From Heptranchias perlo (Eukaryota), in contig NC_090338.1 of the NCBI RefSeq assembly GCF_035084215.1, positions 21,514,001-21,578,000 on the forward strand: DNA of 64,000 nucleotides, in the 5' to 3' direction. A model generated the notes under the pieces. It was not told where the DNA came from. It searched no databases and saw only the letters and a list, made by a program, of their open reading frames with translations. The first letter of the stretch is position 1. Every line of letters starts with the position of its first letter. A program made the position numbers and the translations under genes. Positions 13,760 to 24,894 of the stretch are shown one piece after another.

Positions 13760-14150
13760 CGGTAGTCGGGCGGGTGGTTAATATGGTGGTCACGCGCTTG
13801 CCGCTGTGTTCCCGACGCTTTTGCGCCTGCCGTCATATTTAACGCCACCAATACCGATCGCGGGAAAATCATCTGCCACATGCAGGCGGGTGCCTCATCA
13901 ATATTTATGTCATGGTCCAATGATGTCATTCAGATCGCAACGTGATTTTAAATCGCGATCACAGCTACGACTTGGGGGTGGGGGGGTCAGGCAAGATTGT
14001 GGCCAGGAGTCCCAGGTAAGTTCAATTTTTTTTTGCTTTTTCTTTAAAGGTTTCCTTGTAGGCCAGGAGGAGAAGGTGTGCTCCTCCGGGCTCCACAAGG
14101 AAACCTTGGGCCTCCCCTGCCTCAGGATTCCCTCCCCCGATCGTGATTGC
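13760..14150. mobile_element. CpG-rich non-autonomous DNA-element remnant (Harbinger-type?)
   Basis: Abrupt CpG-rich island in AT-rich sequence, similar in style to the subterminal regions of the Harbingers. No clean TIR pair was found. Confidence 0.3.
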
Positions 14151-15515
14151 CTCTTGCAATAGAATTCACAGCCTTTTGTTTATCTCTTTTATTTCATGGC
14201 TTTAAAAAAATCCCTGCTAAAAGCTGACAATGAACACCATGCACTGTTACCTTCATTGGAGGGCAGCAAATATCCCAGAGTGAAGTAAAGATTTCAGATT
14301 TAAACGACAGAGAATGACACTTCACTTGCCCCTCCTCCTCAGCTCGCTGGTATCAGCAATGCCAGTGATCAATGTACCACCTTATGAACCTAAGTATTAT
14401 TTGTGATGGAAGCTTTCTCAGAAACAACCATCAGGAACATACGAGTGCACAGGACAGGAAAATACCATTTCCATCCATCTGGCCAGCCTCAGACTTGATA
14501 AGCAGAAAACACAGTTTACTACGAATCTCCCCCAATTGATTGTCTTGCCAAATACCTATCCAACTCTCACTTAAAATGACTGATGTTGCTATCCTCGATC
14601 ACCTTCCTGAGCAGTCCATTCCAAGCATTCACCACCCGCTTTGTAAAAGAGTTATATTTGATCTCTCGAATCCCCTTCCCTGTTCTGAGCTTCATGAAAA
14701 GTATGACAGAGATCAGTTTATATCTTTATACATTTTGTCCAAATAGGTGGAAAATGAAATGAGGCGTGGGGCTTATTCTCAAAAAGCAAAATAATTCGTA
14801 CTTGGATCAAAACATGTTTATTTTTGGTTTCGGATAAACTGTTTGCACTTTGATATAATTACCTTGAAGGACAGTGTAGCTGTTCTCTAATGCTCAAACC
14901 ACTTAAGATGTTGTGTGAGTCATGTGGAAAGTAAATTATTTCTAAGCATCTTCTTATGTGCACTTTAATTAGATTCAGAAAAGTTTATCTTTTCTTTATT
15001 TATTCCACCTATTAATGATAATTATTTTTGTTTTCTTTCACTACCCATTTTCTGTGAATTTACTTTAGGTCTCCTCACATGTATGTGTAGCATCTCAGAG
15101 GATGTGTCCACAGACCCATTCTAGGTTTCTGAGAGTGTCATTCAAATGTAGGTTCACCATTTGAGAGATGATGAGAAGAGACAAGGATGAATCAATCATT
15201 TTTCCCCATTAAATTTGAAATTTTTCTTTTAAATTCTCCTTGTATTCTCAGGTGAGAGACTGATTCTTAAACTTGGCAAAACCTCTTTGAACAGTCAGTT
15301 TCACTTCCAAGCCTGTTATCTTAAAATTTGATTAAGGCTAGGCAGCTGGCCTATTAGTTAAGCATAAGGCTCACTGGTGTAAAGTAAGCAGAACAGCTAC
15401 GAATAGGCAAGACCCTTCGTTTACTTCATATTCTTACCTCCGAACTGAAAACTGTATATAAACATATCAATTAATAAATTTACACTTTTATCACATCTAC
15501 CAAAGATATTTTTTC

Positions 15516-15780
15516 TTTTATTCATTCATGGGATGTGGGCATCGCTGACAAGGCCAGCATTTATTGCTCATCCCTAATTGCCCTTGAGAAATGTAAGGAA
15601 TCTTACAACACCAGGTTATAGTCCAACTTTTTGACTATAACCTGGTGTTGTAAGATTCCTTACATTTGTCAACCCCAGTCCATCACTGGCATCTCCACAT
15701 CATGCGCTTGAGAAGGTGGTGGTGAGCCGCCTTCTTGAACCGCTGCAGTCCGAGTGGTGAAGGTACTCCCACAGTGCTGT
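15516..15780 (-). mobile_element. CR1-clade LINE family B 3' end, interrupted by a Penelope mini-element
   Basis: Matches the 3' end at 35330-35465 (ttcatgggatgtgggcatcgctg..taattgcccttgagaaggtggtggtgagccgcc). Confidence 0.85.
15591..15703 (+). mobile_element. Fold-back Penelope mini-element (no ribozyme left)
   Basis: About 35-bp inverted arms (aaatgtaaggaatcttacaacaccaggttatagtc and its reverse complement), then the Penelope terminus gtcaaccccagtccatcactggcatctccacatcat. Flanked by gcccttgagaa / gcgcttgagaa. Confidence 0.8.
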
Positions 15781-15784
15781 TCGG

Positions 15785-15883
15785 AATATTTCAAAGCACT
15801 TCACATATGATGAATGCTGTTATCATGCAGGCAAACTCAACAGCCATTTTGTGCACACCAAAATCCCATAAACAGCAAAGAGA
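15785..15883 (-). mobile_element. Deu-SINE 3' part, split by a CR1 insertion
   Basis: cagccattttgtgcacaccaaaatcccataaacagcaa resembles 8320-8360. The SINE continues at 18562. Confidence 0.6.
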
Positions 15884-18561
15884 CATAAGGACAGTAGTGA
15901 GAAAGGTTCTTAGCTCAGAAGATCAGGAAGTAGAATCAGTATGGGTGGAGATAAGAAATAACAAAGGGCAGAAAACACTGGTTGGAGTAGTTTATAGGCC
16001 CCCTAACAGTAGCTGTACCGTTGGACAGAGTATTAATCAAGAAATAATAGGACCTTGTAACAAAGATAATGCAATAATCGTGGGAGACTTTAATCTTCAT
16101 TTAGATTGAGCAAATCACATTGGCAAAGGTAGTCTGGAGGACGAGTTCATGGAATGCATTCGAGACAGTTTCCTAGATCAATATGTCGTGGAATCAACCA
16201 GGGAACAGGCTGTTTTAGATCTTGTATTGTGTAATGAGTCAGGGTTAATTAGTAATCTCATAGTAAAGGATCCTCTGGGGAAGAGTGATCATAATACGAT
16301 AGAATTTTACATTGAGTTTGAGAGTGACATACTTAAGTCTGAAACTAGAGTCTCAAACATAAATAAAGCCAATTACATAGGTATGAGGGTCAAGTTGGCT
16401 AAAGTAGATTGGGAAGTTAGATTAAAAGGTATGATGGTAGATAAGTAGTGGCAGACATTTAAAGAACTATTTCAAAATTCTCAGCGATTATACATTCCAT
16501 TGAGAAATAAAAGCTCCACGGGAAAAGTGATCCATCTGTGGCTAACTAAAGAAGTTAAGGATAGTATTAGATTAAAACAAAACATTTATAATGTTGTGAA
16601 GAATAGTAGTCAGCCTGTGGATTGGGACAGTTTTAGAAACCAACAAAGGATGACCCAAAAATTGATAAAATGGGAGAAAATAGAATATGAGAATAAACTA
16701 GCAAAAAATATAAAAACAGATTGTAAGAGCTTCTACAAGTATTAAAAAGGAAGAGAGTAACAAAACTAAATGTTGGTCCCTTAAAGGCTGAGACAGGATA
16801 AATTTTAATGGTGAAGGAAATGGCAGAGATGTTAAACAAATGCTTTGTATCTGTCGTCATAGTAGAAAACACAAGCATACCAAAAATAGTGGGGAACGAA
16901 GGGGCTAATGAGAGTGAGGAACTTAAAGTAATTAATATCAGAAGAGAAGAAGTATTAGAGAAACTAATGGGACTGAAAGCTGACAAATCCTCTGGACCTG
17001 ATGGCCTACATCTGAGGGTTCTAAAAGAGGTGGAGATAGTGAAGAAATAGTGGATGCATTGGTTGTGATCTTCCAAAATTCCCTAGATTCTAGAATGGTC
17101 CCAGCGGATTGGAAGGTGGCAAATGTAACACCGCTATTCAAGAAAGGAGGGAGAGAGAAAATAAGGGAACTACAGGCCAGTTAGCCTGACATCAGTCGTC
17201 GGGAAAATGCTGGAATCCATTATTAAGGAAGTGGCAAAAGGACACTCAGAAAATCATAATATGATTGGGCAGAGTCAACATGGTTTTGTGAAGGGGAAAT
17301 TGTGTTTAACAAATCTATTAGCGTTTTTTGAGGGTGTAACTAGCAGGGTAGATAAAGGGGGAACCAGCAGATGTAGTATATTTGGATTTTCAAAAGGCAT
17401 TCGATAAGGTGCCACATAAAAGGCTGTTACGCAAAATAAGGGTTCATGGGATTGGGGATAATATATTAACATGGATAGAGGATTGGTTAACGGACAGAAA
17501 ACAGACAGTAGGGATAAAGGGATCATTCTCAGGTTGGCAGGCTGTAACTAGTGGGGTGCCGCAAGGATCAGTGCTTGGGCCTCAGCTATTTACAATCTAC
17601 ATTAATGACATAGATGAAGGGACCAGGTGTAATGTATCCAAGTTTGCTGATGGTACAAAGCCAGGTGGGAAAGTAAGCTGTGAGGAGGACACCGTGAGTC
17701 TACTAAGGGATATAGATAGGTTACGTGAGTGGGCAAGAAGGTGGCAGATGGAACGTAATGTGGGGAAATGTGAGGCTATTCACTTTGGTAGGAAGAATAA
17801 ATAAACAGGATATTTTTTAAATGGTGAGAAACTATTAAATGTTGGTGATCAGAGAGATTTGGGTGTTCTCGTACAAGAAACACAAAGTTGATATGCAGGT
17901 ACAGCAAGAAATTAGGAAGGCAAATGGCATGTTGGCCTTTATTGCAAGGGGGTTGGAGTACAAGAGTAAGGAAGTCTTGCTACAATTGTACAGGGCTTTG
18001 GTGAGACCACACCTGGAGTACAGTGCATGGTTTTGGTCTCCTTTTCTAAGGAAGGATATACTTGCCTTATAGGGGGTGCAATGAAGGTTCGCTAGATTGA
18101 TTCCTGGAATGAGAGGGTTATCCTATGAGGAGAGATTGAGTAAAATGGGCCAATATTCTCTGGAGTTTAGAAGACTGAGAGGTGATCTCATTGAAACATA
18201 TAAGATTCTGAGGGGACTTGACAGGGTAGATGCTGAGAGGTTGTTTCCCCTGGCTGGAGAGCCTAGAACTGGGGGGCATAGTCTCAGGATAAAAGGTCGG
18301 CCATTTAAGACTGAGATGAGGAGGAATTTCTTCACTGTGAGGGTTGTGAATCTTTGGAATTCTCTACCCCAAAGGGCTGTGGATGCTCAGTCGTTGAATA
18401 TATTTAAGGCTGAGATAGATAGATTTTTGGACTCTAAGGGAATCAAGGGATATGGGGATCGGACAGGAAAGTGAAGTTGACGTTGAAGATTAGCCATGAT
18501 ATTGAATGGCGGAGCAGGCACAAGAATGAACTACTCCTGTTCTTATTTCTTATGTTCTTAT
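15884..18561 (+). mobile_element. CR1 LINE family A, endonuclease-to-3' end, decayed
   Basis: APE motifs VGVVYRPP, IIVGDFN, LDLVL, LGKSDH; RT motifs DFQKAFDKVPH, GVPQGSVLGP. Ends in a ttcttatg tail, with gaga on both sides. Confidence 0.95.
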
Positions 18562-18855
18562 GAGATGAATGACTGGTTGATCTGGGTTTTTTTGTGTTTG
18601 ATGAGGGAGAATTGATGACCAGGACACTGGGTGCACTCTAGCTCTTTAAATAGTATCATGGGATCTTTAACGTCTACATAAACTGCTAGAACTGACAGGA
18701 AAGTCCTCAGTTTAACATCTCATTCAAAGGGTGGCACCTCAACAATGCAACACTCTCTCAGCAAGGCATTGAAGTGTGTTCAAGTGCTGGAGGGGAGCTT
18801 GAACCCACAACTTTCTGGCTTTGTGGTGAAAATCCTACCAACTGAGTTATAATGA
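18562..18855 (-). mobile_element. Deu-SINE 5' part (tRNA-like head plus Deu core)
   Basis: cctcagtttaacatctcattcaaagggtggcacctc is the Deu core in reverse; cttgaacccac is B-box-like on the minus strand. Confidence 0.7.
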
Positions 18856-19519
18856 CAGATGGATAGAGATTTCATAGTTTGTTGATGTGCATGCAAGGTC
18901 TGATGAAAATTGAGAGAGACAGGGATCCTAAACAGTGCGTTTCTGACTGCTTGATGTAGTGTTCTGTTGAAGAAATGTAAGTTCCAGCTCTTCATCTGGG
19001 ATTAGTCCAATGCTCTGCAACTGGAAAATATCCTAAATTGTTCTACAGATATAGCTGAAGTCTAAAACGTATATTAATGCATATACTGATTGGCGTGATT
19101 ATGCAATAATGATCTTCAAAAAGATATTTCTTTGGTTGAGACACTTGGGTACTTGGATACTTCTGGTTGAGACAGAACCAGAGTTCAAGCCTTCTGCATT
19201 TTCTTTCGGTAGATACTGTTAAGTTTCTGGGTTTTACCACAGATAGTTGTCTTAGCTTCAACATCTCAGTTGACTCCTGTGAGTGAGTTTTCACCCTATG
19301 AATTAGAGTTTGTCTTTGGTATCTCGAAGTGCGTCTGGGATAGAACGGAAGACTCTTGGCACTGCATTTCACTTTACTAGTTTTATATGTGACCTCATAC
19401 GATCTTTCCCAACTTTGAAAGCAGAATAAACACTCCATTCGACTCTGGCTTCCTCTATCAACTGCCAAACAGATTTATTAAACAGTAAGTGGCTAAGTGA
19501 ACAATGCCAATGGCACACT

Positions 19520-19628
19520 GTAGATTTATTTGAAGTCAGTGGGAAGTAAAACCGGGCAGGATGTAAGCCGGATGGCAGCGCCGATCCTGTCATTTACCCG
19601 CCAGGTGGGTTAAGTTAACATTACCCTC
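19520..19628. mobile_element. Right half of a small MITE (same family as 51106-51218)
   Basis: ggatgtaagccggatggcagcgccgatcc..gttaacattaccc resembles 51149-51218. Confidence 0.45.
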
Positions 19629-20449
19629 CATATGTACTATAAAAGGAAGAAAGAAGCTGATAACATGATACATCAAAACCAAAATGCTTCAATTTTGCCA
19701 CAGATACATCCATCTTAAAATCAAAATTCATTATAATTTTAAAACAGTTTGCTTGGCTTTTCTGAATATTAAATTTACTCAGCATTTGTCAAATTCACAT
19801 TTTTCCGGGCTGCAAGAGATTGAAGTCGCAAATACATCCGCCAGTGATTAATCAGTTTCATTTCTCTGGCTCTGTCAAAATTCTCTGATCCTTTCTTTGT
19901 GATTCCATCTGGGATGGGTCCCACTCCAGTGTTGTTTTGTTTGTTTTATGTGTGCCAATTCAGCATTTGACGTGATAACCTATGTGTTTTGTTTTGCTTG
20001 ATGATGTGTTTGTACAACGTTGTCAGTCAGTCTATTGGAAAAGAGAAACATAACTGAGTGGTGGCTCAAATAATGCTAATCAGTCAGGAATGTCCACAAA
20101 CAGGGCTTAGACCAAATTAATAGGCCATTCCTCGCCAACTGGAGGAACCATAATTTGTTGTATTTTAGTGGGGTGACTTTTTTTTGTCAAGAGAAGAGAT
20201 AAAAGTAATAAGAAAAAACAGCGCATGTTGGAAAGGTAAAATACATTTCAGATGAAGGGTGCTACCTAAAACAGCCTTTTTCTTTCACGTGCTGATTGGT
20301 CTCTGGTGATTTCTAGCACTCTCACCTGGAATTTCTGCAGGATTCTCCCGATCTCCCGCTGTAACTTTGATAGAACATCAGTAGAAACCCTGATGAGACA
20401 GCACTGTTTACACTCTTTCTCCAGGGCTACCACTGACTTTCTGGAGAGC

Positions 20450-20659
20450 ATGATGTGGAGATGCCGGTGATGGACTGGGGTTGACAATTGTAAACAATTT
20501 TACAACACCAAGTTATAGTCCAGCAATTTTATTTTAAATTCACAAGCTTTCGGAGGCTTCCTCCTTCGTTCACCTGAGGAAGGAGGCAGCCTCCGAAAGC
20601 TTGTGAATTTAAAATAAAATTGCTGGACTATAACTTGGTGTTGTAAAATTATTTACAAT
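20450..20659. mobile_element. Fold-back Penelope mini-element with an intact hammerhead
   Basis: Terminus atgatgtggagatgccggtgatggactggggttgac is the same as at 63504. Inverted arms of about 82 bp (20486-20567 / 20579-20660). 12-bp direct repeat tttctggagagc at 20438-20449 and 20660-20671. Confidence 0.88.
20569..20607 (+). ncRNA. Minimal type I hammerhead ribozyme
   Basis: UUCAC-CUGAGGA-A-GGAGG-CAG-CCUCC-GAAAG-CUU-GUGAA. Perfect helix I and helix II, both catalytic cores, and a palindromic loopless helix III (AAGCUU). Predicted cut 3' of 20602. Confidence 0.85.
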
Positions 20660-21139
20660 TTTCTGGAGAGCGGGAGACTCCCATGAAGTTCTCCACCTCT
20701 GTTTTATTTTATGACCGATAACAGTGCTGACTAATTTTTGAACCCAGTGTCAGCATCAAGTAGTGCTGGGGCAAGTCTATAAGGAGTTAACTGAGGTTAA
20801 AATCCTTCTGCACTGCTCAACAATGTGCTTTGCTTCACAAACTCATGAGAAAAAAAATCCTACTGCACTAGAAAACATTTCCATTTCCCTCCCCAACCAT
20901 CCTTGTGGCCTTTCAGAGTGAAATTGCCAACATCATGCCAATTTATGTTGAGTTTTGAACTGTGGACCCACACTCACAAGGAATTTATTGAGCCTGCCTA
21001 CATTCAATTTCCTTAAGCCTCTTATAGGCATTGGAGAATGAGGAGGTTTTCATCATATCAGTCTGAATTGACTTTGAGCCCAGGTCGCAGAGTTAAAGGA
21101 CAGTTTACTAATTGACTGCACCACTGCCTCAATACCTCA

Positions 21140-21302
21140 GTAAAAAGTACCTGGACTTGCACGTAAAGTGCTGTAAGTTGCAGGACTACGGACCGGGTGC
21201 TGGAAGGTAGGATTAGAGTGGGCACCTGGTTGTCCTTCGAGCCGGCGCGGACACAATGAGCCGAATGGCCCCCTTCTGTGCTGTATCTTCTCTATGGTTC
21301 TA
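21140..21302 (+). mobile_element. CR1 3' end fragment
   Basis: Ends gagccgaatggcccccttctgtgctgtatcttctctatggttcta, a typical CR1 3' UTR and tail. Confidence 0.65.
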
Positions 21303-22583
21303 CCTCTTGCTGTCCTCATGAAATGCTTGACAAGAGAGTGACAGGTTTTCATGATGGACCTGAGATCTGCAAGATGATCAGAAGTGGACATATTTACTTT
21401 GTGGTAGTCAGATGGGGAAAATGAGGTTCTACCCAAAGTAGGGTAGAAAACAATTTATTCTGTCTTCATAACTGTCACAAGTATGTAATAAGGAAATGAA
21501 TGATTCAGTACTATTTTACTCTGTGATTGTTGGCCATTTCACTCTCACTATATAAGCCCAGCAACCATTGTTCAAAATGCACCAGATAATAACTATTTCA
21601 TCTTTCTCTGGCACTACTCTTAGTAGAAGGGATTGGGAGCAGTAAATGGGATTCATTTTTCTATTTATACATGTTCATTGTGTAAATGAAGGGTGATTTT
21701 TTTTCCAACGTTGAATAGCCTGACTGAATAATACTGAGGAGTAAAAAGGTGAGGAAAGAGAAAATAAATGACGGATAGAATACAGGACTTACTATTGGAA
21801 AGAAAAAACTGCCCAAAGGAAAATGACAATAGCTGGAGAACTGCTGGAGGAAGATGTACATTTTTTTAAAACTATTTTTCCACTTACTGCCAATAAGTAA
21901 CAAAAGAAAAATCTTAAGCTCCTTGTAACCCTGCACCTTCTATGGCTAAAAATACTGCTGAACATGTTAAGTCACTGCCAGGTATCTCCGAGCATAGAAT
22001 AAATGGCAAATCTTTTGTAATTGAGCCCTTAGATTTTGTGCTCAATATTCAGTCACAGAGAATTTACCATTTAAATAATTGGAAAAATGGTAAATTGACT
22101 CTCTGAAGGACATTCATGGTTACAACAGTATCCTTTCACCTCTAGCTGTGATTCCAGCTCAGACCGATTAAATTCTCTTCTCTCTAGTCCTGTGTGCAAT
22201 GAAAGTGGTCAATCTCAGTGCAGTTCCAACTTGGCTCAGGTACACAGACTAAAGCCTCCTGTAACCCCGGTATAAATTGTATTGAACGATTCATTTAATT
22301 CTTTGTTATATTGTTTTAAGTTCAGTTTAGTCTCAGTTGCTCATTCAAGTCCAGAGATATGGTCTGAACCATGCAGTCGATGCCAAAGGGTGCTTCATGT
22401 TATAATATAACTGCGCACACAACAGTGGGATGAACTGCTCATGGCCCACTCATAATCATTTAATTTTTGCCAATTTTCTTCCCTTCTCCACCATCTCCTT
22501 CTCCTCTGAAGGCACTGAAGTATGGTTCCACAGGTGCTAATTGCTCTCCACCTTGCCAAAGTGACCATTCTTTCTGTGTAGGC

Positions 22584-22709
22584 CTTCTCCCCTTCTCCTC
22601 TTCCCCCCCCCCCACCCCAGGACATAACCGAGGGCCACTGCCAGCAAAGCAAATGGCCCAAAATTCAATCCTCCTGAAGGGCGAGCTGCCTACGGAGGCC
22701 CAATTTCAG
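22584..22709 (+). repeat. 126-bp direct repeat of 26931-27061
   Basis: Identical except for poly-C length and two substitutions. Both ORF translations share PLPAKQMAQNSILLKGELPTEAQFQ. Confidence 0.9.
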
Positions 22710-23124
22710 TGACCGTTGGCAGGATAATCAACCAAGTCCAATCTTGCTCTCACTGATGACCGCACGCGTGCACTTCCAGCAGAGGTCACTGGATAGCAAT
22801 CAGAAACAGGGGTAGAAATTGGTCACCTGGAAAACATAGGAACATAGGAAAATAGGGCCCGATTTTACCAGGCCTGCGGGTTTCCGGCGGGTTGGGTTTC
22901 GGGAGCGTGGTCAACACGCTGGGTGAAATTAGTGGGTTGCCCGCGCGATCGTAGCAGGCAACACACTAATTGGATCCACTTACCTGCTCTTCCGGGCTCC
23001 GCGCTGCTGGTCTGCGCGTCGGGCGGGCTGCGCATGCGCAGTACGATCTGTCAGCTGGAGGCTCTCTAGTTAAAGGGGCAGTCATCCACTGACAGATGCT
23101 GCAACCAATAGAACAAATTACAGC

Positions 23125-23354
23125 ATGGAGCAGCCCAGGGGGAAGGCTGCTCCCAGTTTAATGATGCCTCACCCCAGGTATTATCAGATGGGGTGAGGAG
23201 GAGGGGGAGGACAGAGCTCTTCCACCCGGCGGGCGGGAGGAAGCGGCCTGCCTCTGCCACCAAGAAGGCCTGGCTCGAGACCTGCACCACCAACATATCG
23301 CCCACCTGCATACAGTGCAGGAGGCGCTCCAATGACCGCAGTAGGTCAGCCACA
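23125..23354 (+). pseudogene. Harbinger Myb/SANT-like DNA-binding protein, first exon, frameshifted
   Basis: MEQPRGKAAP, frameshift, then FNDAS..GRKRPASATKKAWLE..CIQCRRRSNDRSRSA, followed by a gtgaga donor-like site. Confidence 0.75.
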
Positions 23355-23919
23355 GTGAGAACACGTAGTCTTTCCCCTACACTCCGTCTGCCACAACACT
23401 GCCCCCACTCCACATCTCCTTCGGCACCGCCAACACTACTCTGTCACATCAACCCTCATACCCACTCAAACCACATCCTCATCTTACCTGCACCTACACA
23501 CCTCGCGAGTACTCACCCCGCCACTACCACGCAACCCAATCCTCATATAATCTCATGGCTCTATCCCATACTCACCCTCTCGTGCATCTCCCTCACGGCC
23601 AGCCTCACTCAACCTGCCACCACCTGTGCTGCAGCCACAGGGCATGCATCACATATGTGCATTAGGCAGCGTATGGCAAACGTATCGTGAGCATGAAGGG
23701 GATGCACAAGGGTGTTTGAGGGTTTGTCATGGGTGTTACCTATATTGAATTTCAGAACAACTCACATCACACATTATATTGGCACCACCACTGCCATGTC
23801 TCCGCAAATCCTGTCTGTTTTGTGCAATAATGCCCGCTCCTGGGTATCACTATGAGGACCCACCACTGATGCCACCCATTGTGTTACTGCAGAGTAGGTG
23901 CAGGTGTATTTGCAGGGCT

Positions 23920-24360
23920 CCTCCGCGCAGACGACTGAGAGACATCGGCGGTGTACCCGGCTGCACCCTGGAAGGATGCGGAGGAGAAGTTGTGGAGGGC
24001 AGTGGTGACTTTGGCAGCGACAGGTAAGCAGATGGTGCTGGGGCCAGCCAGGAGCAGCTCGGCATGAAAGAGGCTGCAGATGTCCACGACTACATGTCGA
24101 GTGAATCTGCGCCTCCGTGTGCACTGCTGCTCAGAGAGGTCCAGGAAGCTGAGCCTCGGTCTGTGGACCCTGTGGCGAGGGTAGTGCCCCCTGCGACGCG
24201 TCTCTCTCTGCGGTAGCCCTCCCTCCTGCTGTACAGGTGGATGTGTCACAGCACTCTGTTGTGGAGCTCCACGTGTCAGAGGTGGACGGCATGGATGGTG
24301 AGGCTGGCGATGTTGTGCGCCCTCCGAGGAGGTCATGACTGCAGCTACGGCGGCCCCCAT
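23920..24360 (-). pseudogene. Harbinger (HARBI1-like) transposase N-terminal HTH remnant
   Basis: HYPRHRVHRPRLSFLDLSEQQCTRRRRFTRHVVVDICSL..LPVAAKVTTALHNFSSASFQ. The catalytic DDE region is absent. Confidence 0.8.
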
Positions 24361-24894
24361 CCGCAATATGTACATCTGAGGGGGTCCGCAAGGTAGGCAC
24401 ATGTCTCCGGACCCTGGGGTGAGTGTGCAGGTTGGTGACTTTGACCGTCAGGAGGGGGGTGGTGGAGGCCACACTTTGTCCCAAGTGACAGAGCAGCCTC
24501 CTGCAATGGGTGAGGGTCTCCCCCACCCAACTGTCAAATGGACCTTTGCAGCTGCCACAGGCTGACGGCTGCAACACATCCAGTTCAACTTATACTGTTT
24601 CCCCCAGTGTGTGAAACAGTCCCATGTTTCTCCAAAATCACACACAGTCCCTTAATCAGGTCAGTTAATGACCTGAACAAGCAAAATAAATACACTCAAG
24701 TGGCATCCCGCTGGCTTTAATTGCCTGCAGGTTTCCCACCAGCGGGGGCTGCGCACGCACCGCCGCACGTCATCGGGGAACCCGGAAGTGGGCGGGATCG
24801 TGGCGCGATCTGGTCACGTGCCTGGATATCGGGATTTTCGGGGGCCCCCCCGCTGGAAACGCACACGAAACCCGCTGGTAAAATCGAGCCCATA

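Larger units (their letters stand above)
22855..24891. mobile_element. Non-autonomous PIF/Harbinger transposon, copy A
   Basis: TIRs gggcccgattttacc / ggtaaaatcgagccc and 3-bp TSD ATA (22852-22854, 24892-24894). Internal Myb and transposase remnants. Inserted in the (cataggaa)n tail of a CR1. Confidence 0.9.

Noticed and set aside
23066-24124. Several ORFs conserved between 23-24 kb and 46-47 kb (e.g. MHTEAQIHSTC / MHREAQIRSTC)
   Set aside because: These are alternate-frame or antisense shadows of two copies of one GC-rich transposon; the similarity reflects recent copying, not selection.
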